From assembly GCA_963785255.1 (NCBI GenBank), contig CAWAUR010000003.1, positions 443,057 to 507,056 on the forward strand: a stretch of DNA of 64,000 nt, read 5' to 3'. The position numbers and the translations under genes are program-made. The notes beneath the pieces were generated by a model, which saw only the letters and a list, made by a program, of their open reading frames with translations, was not told the DNA's origin and made no database searches. Numbering within the stretch: position 1 is the first letter of the stretch; each line of letters opens with the position of its first letter. The stretch comes from Bryobacterales bacterium. GTDB taxonomy: Bacteria > Acidobacteriota > Terriglobia > Bryobacterales > Bryobacteraceae. This document shows positions 33,563 to 43,138 of the stretch, piece by piece.

Positions 33563-33584
33563 AGGCCGTAACTCGGCCTTTTGG
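33563..33584 (+). terminator. Candidate Rho-independent terminator
   Basis: AGGCCG-TAACT-CGGCCT followed by TTTTGGGG. Confidence 0.4.
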
Positions 33585-33603
33585 GGATCGACGCTAATCC
33601 CTT

Positions 33604-34752
33604 TCAATCCCCCAAAAACTTTCCGATCTGCCGCAGCCCCTTCACGTTATCGCACACCGCCTTGAACGCCGCCGTCATGGGGATCGCCAATAGCAGACCT
33701 GGCGCATCCCACATGAATCCCCAAATCATCAGCGAAAACGTTACCGCCAGCGGATTCAAATGCACCCGCGATCCCACGAACTTGGGATACAACAGGTTCA
33801 GCCCCAGCAAATGGAACCCGCTTACGATCGCCACCACCAGCAGGTATCCCGATATGGTGTTGTACGCCGTCAGCGCGACAAATAGCGGCGGCAGCGCAGC
33901 CAGCGGCAATCCCACATAAGGCACCAGGCTCAGGAACCCGCTCAGCGGCCCCACCAGCAGCGCGTACGGCAGATGAATGATCCAAAATGCCGCCGAAGTG
34001 GCCGCCGCCAGCAGCAGCCCCAGCATGGAATTCCCCACCACGAAACCGCGCACCATATCCGCGATGCCTTGCAGGCTACGCGCCGCCGCCGCGCGATCCT
34101 CACCCTGGAAAAATTGCAGAAAACTGCGGTGAATGTGATCGTGCCAGCTCAGCATGAAGTACACCAGAAACGGCACGAACGAAGCCATCAGCAGGAATTG
34201 ATAAAACGATCCCAGCCGCACCGTAACCCAATCCTTGATGGGCGACGATTCTTCGTGAATGCGCACTTCCGGAATGGCGCCCGGAACCACTGGTATGGCG
34301 GTGTCCGCTGCCCGCCGCTTCTTGTGCGCAGGCTCCGGAGGTGGCGGCTGCGGCTTGCGTGCGGGCATCACCAACTGGTAGGTTCGCTGCTCCAGTCCCT
34401 CCGCCTTCTGCGAGACGGCTTCCACCAAGTCGCCGATCCGCTGGCTGTACTTAGGCAGCTCTTCCGCAAACCCCGACAACTGCGAGTACGCCCCCATGCC
34501 GATCAAATACAGCACTGCCACCGCCGCCGCGCAGACCACGAAGCTCGCCAGCGATCGCGGCAATTTCACGCGCATCAGCAGCCCCACGAAGGGTTCCAGA
34601 ATGAAGGCCAGCATCACCGCCGTCAGCGAGGTGATGAACACCACCCGCCCGAAATACAGGATGGCGATGATCACGCCCACCGCGATCACCGGTCCGGCAA
34701 AGTTCCGTACCTCCTGCTCGGTGACCCGCAGGGGATTGGATAGAAGAGCCAC
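33604..34752 (-). CDS. AI-2E family transporter (PerM/UPF0118)
   Basis: 382 aa, multi-pass membrane protein. The central loop and C-terminal ..LLAIPMTAAFKAVCD.. are typical of the AI-2E family. Confidence 0.8.
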   Translation of the reverse strand: MALLSNPLRVTEQEVRNFAGPVIAVGVIIAILYFGRVVFITSLTAVMLAFILEPFVGLLMRVKLPRSLASFVVCAAAVAVLYLIGMGAYSQLSGFAEELPKYSQRIGDLVEAVSQKAEGLEQRTYQLVMPARKPQPPPPEPAHKKRRAADTAIPVVPGAIPEVRIHEESSPIKDWVTVRLGSFYQFLLMASFVPFLVYFMLSWHDHIHRSFLQFFQGEDRAAAARSLQGIADMVRGFVVGNSMLGLLLAAATSAAFWIIHLPYALLVGPLSGFLSLVPYVGLPLAALPPLFVALTAYNTISGYLLVVAIVSGFHLLGLNLLYPKFVGSRVHLNPLAVTFSLMIWGFMWDAPGLLLAIPMTAAFKAVCDNVKGLRQIGKFLGD

Positions 34753-34816
34753 TTCCGCGAGAGATCCTGTCTTGGGTGCTTAACAGTCTGGGTAGATCGT
34801 GCGAAAATCGACGCGC

Positions 34817-34865
34817 GTTACCGAGCCGCGACCGTCAGGGAGCGGTTTCCCCAAAACTGTTAAGC
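34817..34865. repeat. GTTACCGAGCCGCGACCGTCAGGGAGCGGTTTCCCC repeat (third family)
   Basis: Near-identical copies at 36760-36794 (inverted) and 36815-36861. Confidence 0.7.
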
Positions 34866-34926
34866 GCCCTCCTGTCTCGAATCTACCACGCCCGTGCGTA
34901 TAATGAAATTGGTTGCCCTCCGCATA

Positions 34927-35346
34927 ATGTCTCCCAAGCCCCGCATCCTGGCCCTCGACCTGGGAAAGAAACGCATCGGCTTGGCCATCAGCGATCCTCT
35001 GGGCCTCACCGCGCAAGGGCTTCCCAATATCGAGCGCACCACCAAGCGCGCCGATCTGGCCGAAATCGCCCGCCTGGCGGACGAGCGCGGCGTCTCGCTC
35101 ATCCTGCTTGGCAATCCGCTCAATATGAGCGGCGCCGAAGGTCGCCAATCCGCCTGGGTGCGCGAATTCGCGGACGCCCTCACGGCCCGCGCCGCCCTCC
35201 CCGTGCGCCTGTGGGACGAGCGCCTCACCACCGTGGAAGCCTCGCGGGTTTTGCGCTCCAGCGGCATCGGCATCCAGAAGCGCGCGCGCGCCGTCGACAA
35301 GCTCTCCGCCGTCATCCTCCTGCAGAGTTATCTGGATTCCCTGTGA
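34927..35346 (+). CDS. ruvX: Holliday junction resolvase-like / pre-16S rRNA nuclease RuvX (YqgF)
   Basis: MSPKPRILALDLGKKRIGLAISDPLG..A.GL..........+..+A.E.......+G.PLNMSG..G.Q...VREFA..L......PV.LWDERLTT.EA. Confidence 0.85.
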   Translation: MSPKPRILALDLGKKRIGLAISDPLGLTAQGLPNIERTTKRADLAEIARLADERGVSLILLGNPLNMSGAEGRQSAWVREFADALTARAALPVRLWDERLTTVEASRVLRSSGIGIQKRARAVDKLSAVILLQSYLDSL

Positions 35347-36329
35347 CCAAATTCCGCCGGCTCGTCTTCATTCTCCTGTTGGCCATGGGCGCGTTGCTCT
35401 ATCTGGGCATCCAGATGACCGCGGGCTACACCGGGTTCAATCAGGAGGTTTTCGTCGATCTGCCAAAGGGCACCGGCGCCCGCCAGATGGCCGATGTCCT
35501 GCATAACGCCGGCGTCATCCGCCACTCGTGGGCCTTCCTGCTGGCGCGCGCCTTCCGTCACGGCGCCACCCTGCAGGCCGGCGAATATCGTTTCACGCAT
35601 CGTGCCTCGGTGCTGGAGGTCTTCGACCGCATCCATCGCGGCGATATCTTCTACTACGAACTGGTCGTGCCCGAAGGCAAGAACATGTTCGATATCGCCG
35701 CCGCCGTCGAGCGTCTCGACCTGTTTTCGGCGGAGCGTTTCCTGGAGGTCGCCCGCAACCCCGCCATCATCCGCGATCTCGACCCGCACGCGCCCACCCT
35801 GGAAGGCTATCTATTCCCCAATACCTACCGGTTGAGCCGCACCGCTACGCCCGAGCAGCTTTGTCTGACGATGACCGGCAAATTCCGCGAAGTCTGGCGC
35901 CGCCTGCACACCGAGGCCGACGTCCATCGCACCATCACGCTGGCGTCGTTGGTGGAAAAGGAAGGCAAGCTGGCCGGCGAGCGGCCCATCATCGCGTCGG
36001 TGTTCGCCCGCCGCCTGGCCATCGGGATGAAACTCGATTGCGACCCAACCACCATCTACGCAGCGCTGCTCAACGGCAACTATCGCGGGACAATCTATAG
36101 ATCCGACTTAGCCAGCGGCGATCCCTACAACACGTACACGCACGCGGGCCTGCCGCCGGGCCCCATCGCCAATCCGGGTCTGGCATCCATCACGGCGGCG
36201 TTGCACCCCGCCGGCACGGATTATCTCTATTTCGTGGCCCGCGCCGATGGCTCGGGAGGCCACAACTTCTCCAGCGATTTGGTAGCGCAACAAGCCAATG
36301 TACTGAAGTATCGCCGCGCTCAGCGCTAA
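35343..36329 (+). CDS. mltG: Endolytic transglycosylase MltG (YceG)
   Basis: The GTG overlaps the ruvX TGA. N-terminal TM segment. ..LEGYLFPNTY.., ..ITLASLVEKE.., ..YNTYTHAGLPPGPIANPG.. are YceG motifs. The listed 517-aa ORF 34776 is an artefactual upstream extension. Confidence 0.85.
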   Translation: MTKFRRLVFILLLAMGALLYLGIQMTAGYTGFNQEVFVDLPKGTGARQMADVLHNAGVIRHSWAFLLARAFRHGATLQAGEYRFTHRASVLEVFDRIHRGDIFYYELVVPEGKNMFDIAAAVERLDLFSAERFLEVARNPAIIRDLDPHAPTLEGYLFPNTYRLSRTATPEQLCLTMTGKFREVWRRLHTEADVHRTITLASLVEKEGKLAGERPIIASVFARRLAIGMKLDCDPTTIYAALLNGNYRGTIYRSDLASGDPYNTYTHAGLPPGPIANPGLASITAALHPAGTDYLYFVARADGSGGHNFSSDLVAQQANVLKYRRAQR

Positions 36330-36331
36330 TT

Positions 36332-36414
36332 TGTGGGGCGGGTACCCTGCCTGCGGCGGCCTCGTAGGCCGCCAGTAGGACAGGCCTCCTGGCCAGGCCG
36401 GGAGACCGTCCTAC
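36332..36414. repeat. Composite REP cluster
   Basis: TGTGGGGCGGGTACCCTGCCTGC, GGCGGCCTCGTAGGCCGCC, GTAGGACAGGCCTCCTGGCCAGGCCGGGAGACCGTCCTAC. Its minus-strand TAG is the stop of the GNAT fragment. Confidence 0.8.
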
Positions 36415-36806
36415 AGCAGTTTTTCCACGATCACTACATCGCGCCACACGCCGTCCAGTTGGCCGTGCTTTTCGTATATTCCCACTTCGCGAAAGCCGAG
36501 TGAGGCGACTAGGCGGCGGCTGGCGTGGTTCTCGATAAAAATGCGCGAGACCAGCTTCCAGAAACCCGCGGCTGCGGCTGCGGCGATCAGCGCTTCGAGC
36601 GCCAGGCGTCCGGCGCCGTGCCGGCGAAACGCGCGGTCCACGTAGACCGACGCTTCGGCGATGCCCGCGTAACACTCACGCGGCCGGTATTGGAACGCGG
36701 CTGCGAAGGCGATCACGGCGCCTTGCTCCTCCACCACCAACACGGGATGCACACCAGAAGAAACCGCTCCCTCACGGTCGCGGCTCAGTAAACCCCGCGA
36801 AATCAT
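36411..36806 (-). pseudogene. 5'-truncated GNAT (phosphinothricin-acetyltransferase-like) gene
   Basis: Only the C-terminal ~110 aa of a PAT-like protein remain (..ASVYVDRAFRRHGAGRLALEALI..GFWKLVSRIFIENHASRRL..GF.EVG...K.G...GVWRDVV..E). The first ~16 codons are read from a repeat element. Confidence 0.6.
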
Positions 36807-36861
36807 TTACGTCCGTTACCGAGCCGCGACGTCAGGGAGCGTTTCCCCAGAACGGTTGAGC
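36760..36861. repeat. Inverted pair of the GTTACCGAGCCGCGAC..GGGAGCG repeat
   Basis: Arm 36760-36794 is the reverse complement of arm 36815-36847, and both match 34817-34865. Confidence 0.7.
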
Positions 36862-36941
36862 ACCCATCTGTCACCAGGATCACACGGCGCGTTGCGGCCG
36901 CGCTATAATCCACACTTACGAGCACTACCAACGTCAGTATC

Positions 36942-38345
36942 GTGCAGGCCGAGTTGACGGCTCTGCTGGCGGCACAGCGCACGGCGTTTGCGCACCAGCC
37001 GCCCGATGCATCACAACGAATCGCCAAGCTGCGCGCGCTTTCGAGGGCGCTGCGCACCCGGCGCGAAGCGTTCGTCCAGGCGATCTCCGAGGATTTCGGC
37101 GGACGGGCGCGCCAGGAGACGCTGCTGCTCGAAGTCTTCCCGCTGGTGGATACCATCCACCACGCGGTAGGTCATCTGCGGCAATGGATGCGGCCGCGTC
37201 CGGCAGCGGCGGGCTGGCAATTCATGCCGGGGCGCGCGCGCGTTGTCTATCAACCGCTGGGCGTGGTAGGCATCATCGGCGCGTGGAACTATCCGCTGCT
37301 GCTAAGCCTCTCGCCGCTGGTGAGCGCGCTGGCGGCGGGCAATCACGCGATGCTGAAACCCTCGGAACTCGCGCCGCGAACCGCCGATCTGCTGGCGCGT
37401 CTGATCGCGGATCTGTTCCCGCCAGACTATGTGTCGGTGGTCACGGGCGGCCCGGAAACCGCCGCGGCATTCGCGGCTCTGCCTTTCGATCATCTGCTGT
37501 TCACCGGCTCGACGCGCGTGGGCAAGCTGGTGATGCGCTCGGCCAGCGAGCATCTGACGCCGGTCACACTGGAACTCGGCGGCAAGTCGCCCGCCTTGGT
37601 GCATCCCGATTTTCCCGCGCGCACGGCCGCCCAACGCATCATGGCGGGCAAGTTATATAACGCCGGACAAACCTGTATCGCGCCGGATTACGTGCTGGTG
37701 GAAGCGGGCGCGCGCGCGGAATTCGTGCGCCTGGCAACGGACGCCGCCACGGCGATGTATCCGCGGCTGGTGGATAATCCGGATTACACGCGCATCGTAG
37801 ATCGCGATCACTACGACCGGCTGCGCGGCCTGGTCGGCGACGCCGTGCAGAAAGGCGCGGAGTTGCTGGAGGTAAATCCGGCGCGCGAATCGGCGAATGA
37901 GCAGAACCGCGTTTTTGCGCCGGCCATCTTGTGGAACGTGAACGATCGGATGGCCGTGATGCAGGAGGAGATCTTCGGTCCGGTGTTGCCGGTGGTCACT
38001 TACCGGTCGCTCGATGAAGCGATTGAGTATGTAAACGCCCGGCCGCGGCCGCTGGCGTTGTATTACTTCGACAATAACTCGAAGCGCGTGGAGTCCGTTC
38101 TGGCGCACACCACTTCGGGCGGAGTTACGGTGAACGATACGATCCTGCATATTGCGCAGAACGATTTGCCTTTCGGCGGGGTGGGACCAAGCGGCATGGG
38201 ATCGTATCACGGGTTCGATGGCTTCCTGACGTTCTCGAAGAAGAAAGGTGTTTTCCTGCAGAGCCGTTTCACCACGCTCGGGTTGCTGCGTCCGCCATAC
38301 GGGGAGTTGGCGCGGCGGGTGACCGACTTCCTCATTGGCAAATGA
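36942..38345 (+). CDS. NAD(P)-dependent aldehyde dehydrogenase (ALDH3 / coniferyl-aldehyde DH-like)
   Basis: 467 aa. ..GAWNYPLLLSL.P...ALAAGN....KPSE..., LELGGKSP, ..AGQTCIAPDY.., EEIFGPVLPV. GTG start. Confidence 0.85.
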   Translation: MQAELTALLAAQRTAFAHQPPDASQRIAKLRALSRALRTRREAFVQAISEDFGGRARQETLLLEVFPLVDTIHHAVGHLRQWMRPRPAAAGWQFMPGRARVVYQPLGVVGIIGAWNYPLLLSLSPLVSALAAGNHAMLKPSELAPRTADLLARLIADLFPPDYVSVVTGGPETAAAFAALPFDHLLFTGSTRVGKLVMRSASEHLTPVTLELGGKSPALVHPDFPARTAAQRIMAGKLYNAGQTCIAPDYVLVEAGARAEFVRLATDAATAMYPRLVDNPDYTRIVDRDHYDRLRGLVGDAVQKGAELLEVNPARESANEQNRVFAPAILWNVNDRMAVMQEEIFGPVLPVVTYRSLDEAIEYVNARPRPLALYYFDNNSKRVESVLAHTTSGGVTVNDTILHIAQNDLPFGGVGPSGMGSYHGFDGFLTFSKKKGVFLQSRFTTLGLLRPPYGELARRVTDFLIGK

Positions 38346-38400
38346 GCACGGCGAGAGTCAAAACCCCGGCCCCTAGCCCCCCAGCGGGTGGAACCCGCTC

Positions 38401-40128
38401 ATGACGCGCCGCGAGATCCTCGCCCTCATGCCAGCCGGCGCATTCGCCCAAATGGCCAGCCGCGGCGTGAAGCCAATGCCGCGCGGCAAGCCTTCCGGAC
38501 TGCCGTTTCACGCGCACTTCACCGACGTAGCGGCACAGGCGGGTCTGCGCGATCCGGTGATCTACGGCAGTCCCGACCGCAACCTGTACATCATCGAGCC
38601 GATGGGTAGCGGCATCGCCTTTTTCGACTACGATAACGACGGCTGGCTGGATATACTCGTGCTCAGCGGGTCGCGTCTGGAAGGTTCGCCCGCTGGAGCT
38701 ACTAACCGGCTATATAAGAACAATCGCGACGGCACTTTTAGCGATGTCACTTCGCAAGCCGGCCTCACGCGCACGGGGTGGGCTTACGGAGTCACTATCG
38801 GGGATTATAATAACGACGGTTTCGAAGATATCTTCATCACTTACTGGGGCCATAATGTTCTCTATCGCAATAATGGGAACGGCACATTCACGGATGTGAC
38901 TAAGGAGGCCGGGTTACTCGCGCCGTCCGTGCGTTGGGGCACCGGCTGTACCTTCGTGGATTACGATCGGGACGGCCATCTGGACCTGTACATATCCAAC
39001 TATTTAAAGTTCGATTTCAAGACCGTGCCGCCGGCCGGCAAGCTGGCGAGTTGCAACTGGAAAGGCATCCCGGTGAACTGTGGGCCGCGCGGTTTGCCGC
39101 CGGAGACGCAACTGCTGTATCACAACAACGGCGATGGCACATTCCGCGATGTGTCGGTTTCGTCGGGCATCGCCGCGCCGAAGGGAAGTTATGCGCTGAC
39201 GGCGGTGGCGGCGGATTTCGATAACGATGGATGGCCGGATATCTATGTAGCTTGCGATTCCACTCCCAGCCTGCTGTTCCGGAATAAGCATGACGGCACG
39301 TTTGACGAAGAGGGCCTGGAGCGCGGCGTGGCGCTGAACGAAGACGGACTGGAACAGGCCGGCATGGGATTGGGCATCGGCGATTACGATTGCGACGGCT
39401 ATCTGGATGTATTCAAGACACACTTCACGGAAGATACTCCCGCGCTTTACCACAACGACGGCAAGGGTAACTTCACCGATATGACTCTGCGCGCGGGACT
39501 GGGCGTGGAGACGCGCTTCATCAGTTGGGGCGCTGGCATTGTGGATCTGGATAACGACGGCTGGCCCGATCTGTTTTGGGTGACGGGCAGCGTGTATCCG
39601 GAGGTGGAGAAGCAGTATCCGCAGTTTCCGCATCGCACGCCGCGAGTGATCTTCCGCAACTTAGGCGGCGGTAAGTTCGAAGAGTTGATCGGCGAGGGCG
39701 GACCGGGGATCGAGGCGCTCGACGCCAGCCGCGGCGTAGCGTTCGGCGATTTCGATAACGATGGAGATATCGATATCCTGATCATGAACCAGAACGAACC
39801 GCCGTCGCTGCTGCGCAACGATGTAAGCGGCAATCACCATTGGTTGAAGGTGAAGTTAGTGGGGACGAAATCGAACCGCAGCGCGCTTGGGGCGACGGTG
39901 ATTGCGAGTTATAGTGGCAGGAAGCAGGCGCAGGCGGTGCTGGCGCAATCGTCTTACTTATCGGTGAGCGACCGGCGCTTGCACTTCGGCTTGGGCGCGG
40001 CGGAGTCAGCCGATCTGGAGATTCATTGGCCGAACGGCGCGCGGGAGACCATCGCGAAGGTGGCGGCGGACCAACTGGTGACGGTGCAGGAGGGCGTGGG
40101 GGTGGTGAAGCGGGAGCGATGGAAATAG
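38401..40128 (+). CDS. CRTAC1-family protein (FG-GAP/VCBS repeats plus ASPIC/UnbV domain)
   Basis: Repeated ..FDYDNDGWLDI.. / ..DFDNDGWPDIY.. / ..DLDNDGWPDLF.. units. The C-terminus ..NRSALGATVIA......Q......SYLS.SD.RLHFGLG......+EI.WPNG is the UnbV_ASPIC pattern. Confidence 0.8.
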   Translation: MTRREILALMPAGAFAQMASRGVKPMPRGKPSGLPFHAHFTDVAAQAGLRDPVIYGSPDRNLYIIEPMGSGIAFFDYDNDGWLDILVLSGSRLEGSPAGATNRLYKNNRDGTFSDVTSQAGLTRTGWAYGVTIGDYNNDGFEDIFITYWGHNVLYRNNGNGTFTDVTKEAGLLAPSVRWGTGCTFVDYDRDGHLDLYISNYLKFDFKTVPPAGKLASCNWKGIPVNCGPRGLPPETQLLYHNNGDGTFRDVSVSSGIAAPKGSYALTAVAADFDNDGWPDIYVACDSTPSLLFRNKHDGTFDEEGLERGVALNEDGLEQAGMGLGIGDYDCDGYLDVFKTHFTEDTPALYHNDGKGNFTDMTLRAGLGVETRFISWGAGIVDLDNDGWPDLFWVTGSVYPEVEKQYPQFPHRTPRVIFRNLGGGKFEELIGEGGPGIEALDASRGVAFGDFDNDGDIDILIMNQNEPPSLLRNDVSGNHHWLKVKLVGTKSNRSALGATVIASYSGRKQAQAVLAQSSYLSVSDRRLHFGLGAAESADLEIHWPNGARETIAKVAADQLVTVQEGVGVVKRERWK

Positions 40129-40333
40129 TGCCGACGGTGAACCACTGGAGTACCCTGGTTTGCGTTGGCCGCCATTCTGCTCAAAGTGTGTTGCGAAACC
40201 CGCGCTCGCGACTTACGCGTCGAAACGCTTACATAATCGACCGTAAACATGTCCAGCCGAAGAATCTGGTGTATCCTCTTGGAGATGGTAATCGCGGCCG
40301 AGGTTGAACGGCCGCGCCAGATCGGCGCCTTGG

Positions 40334-40918
40334 ATGCTTGCAGAGCTGACGGCTCTTCACCTACACCGGACCATGTCTTCTGGTCGGAACAAGCCAGCAA
40401 TCTTCGGATGTGTTGATCGCCAAGGTGGTTACGCGGGAGATTACGTCGTGAAGCTCTCCGGTGCGATGGAAACGAGGAAGCGCGGTCCCGCAAGCGAGCT
40501 AATCGTTTCATACCTCGCGCGACATTTCGGCATTTTGAGACCGGACCCGGCTGCCGTGCGGCTGCATCCGGACCTGGTGCAATGGCTCATCGCGCAGCGC
40601 AAAGATCTCGCAGATGTTGTGAGCCGCAGTACGGGCTTGAACTTGGGCACGAGACTCCTCACCGATGTGGCAATCTGGCCAGTCGGCCGCGCCCTGCCGG
40701 AGGCCATGATCACCGCTGCTGCCCGATCTTTGCCCTTGACGCGCTTATCGAAAACGACGACCGCCGCCGTGATAACCCGAACGTCCTCGCGCGCGGCGAT
40801 GAGCTCTTCGTCATTGATCACGAGGCGGCGTTCGCGTTCCTCTATTTAATAACTCCTTGGTCGCGGGCATGGAGCATTCGAAATCGCTCCTCTCTCGAAC
40901 AGCACGTATTCTATTTTC
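40334..40918 (+). pseudogene. HipA-like kinase gene, 5' part (frameshifted near 40715 and interrupted by the IS element)
   Basis: ..GDYVVKLSGAMETRKRGPASELIVSYLARHFGI.. in the frame of ORF 40304, then ..IFALDALIENDDRRRDNPNVLARGDELFVIDHEAAFAF.. in the frame of ORF 40582. Homology stops at the CTATTTTC duplication. Confidence 0.6.
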
Positions 40919-41138
40919 GCCTCGTCGGAGAAATATGTGGGTTACCGATACGCTCCAATGGGCGTCGGAAGCTCGGCGCGCGCAGCCCGCGAACCCGATG
41001 TGGGATGGCGCGGCTTCAGCTTTTCCTGTTCGTAGCCAGTTGCCTTTCGAACTAGTTTGCCCTCTCCGGTAAACGCTACGCCGTTGATCGTGAGTTTAGG
41101 TGGATCGCCGGGCAACGCAGCGGGCGCTCAGCCTCCCA

Positions 41139-41185
41139 TTGCATGCCGTCACCCATGTTGTATACTGAACCGTATGGCTCAGTAT
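41139..41185 (+). promoter_or_regulatory. Candidate promoter plus inverted-repeat operator for the arsR-family operon (near-leaderless)
   Basis: TTGCAT (41139-41144), 16-nt spacer, TATACT (41161-41166), ATG 7 nt later. ATACTGA-N10-TCAGTAT (41162-41185) spans the -10 box and the start codon. Confidence 0.45.
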
Positions 41186-41539
41186 GGCCAAGCCCACTTC
41201 GATGCCTCGTTCGGCGGGCTCTCGGACGCCACCCGACGCGGCGTTCTGGAGCAACTCGGGCGTGCGGACGCTTCGATCACAGCCCTTGCCGAGAGGTTCC
41301 ACATGACCCTTACGGGCATGAAGAAACATGTAGTCGTCTTAGAGCAAGCGGGGCTCGTCAGCACAGAGAAGATTGGGCGCGTGCGGACCTGCAAGCTCGG
41401 GCTGCGCGGACTGGAAGAAGAGGCGGCATGGATCGAGAGGTATCGCCAGCTCTGGGCCGCGCGCTTCGACGAGTTGGACATTGTTGTCGAGGAATTGAAA
41501 CGGAAGGAGAAAGCAAATGGACGTAAGAAGAGAAAGTGA
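41174..41539 (+). CDS. ArsR/SmtB family transcriptional regulator
   Basis: ..LSDATRRGVLEQLGRADASITALAERFHMTLTGMKKHVVVLEQAGLVSTEKIGRVRTCKL.. is a winged-HTH ArsR pattern. Start taken at MAQYGQ. Confidence 0.8.
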   Translation: MAQYGQAHFDASFGGLSDATRRGVLEQLGRADASITALAERFHMTLTGMKKHVVVLEQAGLVSTEKIGRVRTCKLGLRGLEEEAAWIERYRQLWAARFDELDIVVEELKRKEKANGRKKRK

Positions 41540-42026
41540 GGCCACCCCCACGAAGAACCGCACGGGGGTGGAGCGGAAGTCCGAGCGCGAACTCGTCGTC
41601 ACCCGCACCGTCAGCGCGCCTGCGCGCCTCGTGTTCGAGGCGTGGACCAAGGCAGAACTATTCAGGAGGTGGTGGGTACCAAAATCGTATGGGCTGACCC
41701 TGCTTTCCTGCGAAATGGATGTTCGCGTTGGGGGGCAGTATCGTTTGGTGTTTCGCCACGGAGATTCGACGATGGAGTTCTTCGGCACGTACCTCGAAGT
41801 GACACCGCACTCGCGCCTCGTTTGGACCAACGAGGAAGGTGACAACGGCAAGACCGTCACCACGGTGACCTTCGATGAAAACGCAGGCAAGACGCTGTTG
41901 GTGGTGCACGATCTCTATCCCTCGAAGGAAGCGCTTGACTCCGGATCGACGGGCGCGATGCCCGAGGCGCTCGACCAACTCGACGAGCTTCTCGCCAGCC
42001 TGGGATCAAGTACGGAGACAAAATGA
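41517..42026 (+). CDS. SRPBCC (AHSA1/Aha1-like) domain protein
   Basis: ..[29 protein letters not shown]......L.C.MDVRVGG.YR.VF.....ME..G.YLEV.P..RLV.T... Common partner of ArsR regulators. Confidence 0.75.
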   Translation: MDVRRESEATPTKNRTGVERKSERELVVTRTVSAPARLVFEAWTKAELFRRWWVPKSYGLTLLSCEMDVRVGGQYRLVFRHGDSTMEFFGTYLEVTPHSRLVWTNEEGDNGKTVTTVTFDENAGKTLLVVHDLYPSKEALDSGSTGAMPEALDQLDELLASLGSSTETK

Positions 42027-42916
42027 CGCAGCCAATCCATCAAACAAACGCTTCCGGGCGGCGTTCAGCAGTGCGGAAGACAGCTTTCCTTTTAATGACG
42101 CTCGTTATGACTGACGTGTCGGCGCATCAGAATCCAACGACGGGCTACGCGCCAGCCAATGGAATCAACATGTACTACGAAGTCCACGGCGGCGGCGAAC
42201 CGGTGGTGTTGCTTCACGGCGCGTTCATGACCATCACCAACAACTGGGCCGGGTGGATCAGCGAACTTTCCAAAACACGGAAAGTCATTGCCGTCGAAAT
42301 GCAAGGTCACGGCCGCACGGCGGACGTCCCACGAGATATCACCTACGAAAACCTCGCCGACGACGTGGCCGCACTGCTCAATTATCTCAAGATCCCGCGA
42401 GCGGACCTTATCGGCTACAGCATGGGCGGAGCCGTGGCGATGCAGTGTGCGATCCGCCATCCGGACAAAGTGCGAAGGGCAGTCATCATGTCGTCCACGT
42501 TCCGCAGCGACGGCATGGTCGGCGGAGCGTTCGAATCTATCCCGAAACTCACGGCGGACGCTTTCAAAGGCTCGCCCATTGAGGCCGAGTACAAGAAGCT
42601 GAGTCCGACTCCGGACGACTTTCCGAACTTCGTCCAGCGAATCGTCGCCACGGCCTCGAAAGGGTACGACTTCGGAGCCGACAAGCTTAAGGCCACCACG
42701 ACGCCCATGTTTTTCATCCACGGCGACGCTGACGGCGTGCGGCTCGCGCACGTCGCGGAGATGTTTCGCCTAAAGGGTGGCGAGATCCACGGCGACATGA
42801 AGCCGCGCTCCGCATCGCGATTGGCCATCTTGCCCGACACCACCCACGTGACACTGATCGAGCGCATACCCATCATCGTCCCAATGGTGAACGACTTTCT
42901 CGACGCCAAGCCGTAG
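42023..42916 (+). CDS. Secreted alpha/beta hydrolase
   Basis: ATGA overlap with the upstream gene. ..[15 protein letters not shown].., nucleophile elbow GYSMGGAVA, and a C-terminal His region (..PDTTHVTL..). Confidence 0.75.
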   Translation: MTQPIHQTNASGRRSAVRKTAFLLMTLVMTDVSAHQNPTTGYAPANGINMYYEVHGGGEPVVLLHGAFMTITNNWAGWISELSKTRKVIAVEMQGHGRTADVPRDITYENLADDVAALLNYLKIPRADLIGYSMGGAVAMQCAIRHPDKVRRAVIMSSTFRSDGMVGGAFESIPKLTADAFKGSPIEAEYKKLSPTPDDFPNFVQRIVATASKGYDFGADKLKATTTPMFFIHGDADGVRLAHVAEMFRLKGGEIHGDMKPRSASRLAILPDTTHVTLIERIPIIVPMVNDFLDAKP

Positions 42917-43138
42917 CCGTGCTACGGCTCGCGCCGTTTACCGAACGCGAAATTCGTACCGCAGTCAACACGACCGTCCGGCTGATCGAACCTGCATCAA
43001 CGAAAGTTCCTCCTCCTGCTTCGAGCCGCTTACCTGAAAGCAGTAAAGAACGATCAGTCGCCCAGCGTTTTTCGATCCCGCGGCTCACGGGTCTGGAGCG
43101 GTTTATGGTAGAGATTCGCCGCCGCCCGCTTCCGCGCC

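Noticed and set aside
34776-36329. 517-aa ORF spanning the ruvX-mltG region
   Set aside because: Its N-terminal 190 aa are Arg/Pro-rich nonsense that overlaps ruvX in another frame. The MltG homology begins at the GTG at 35343.
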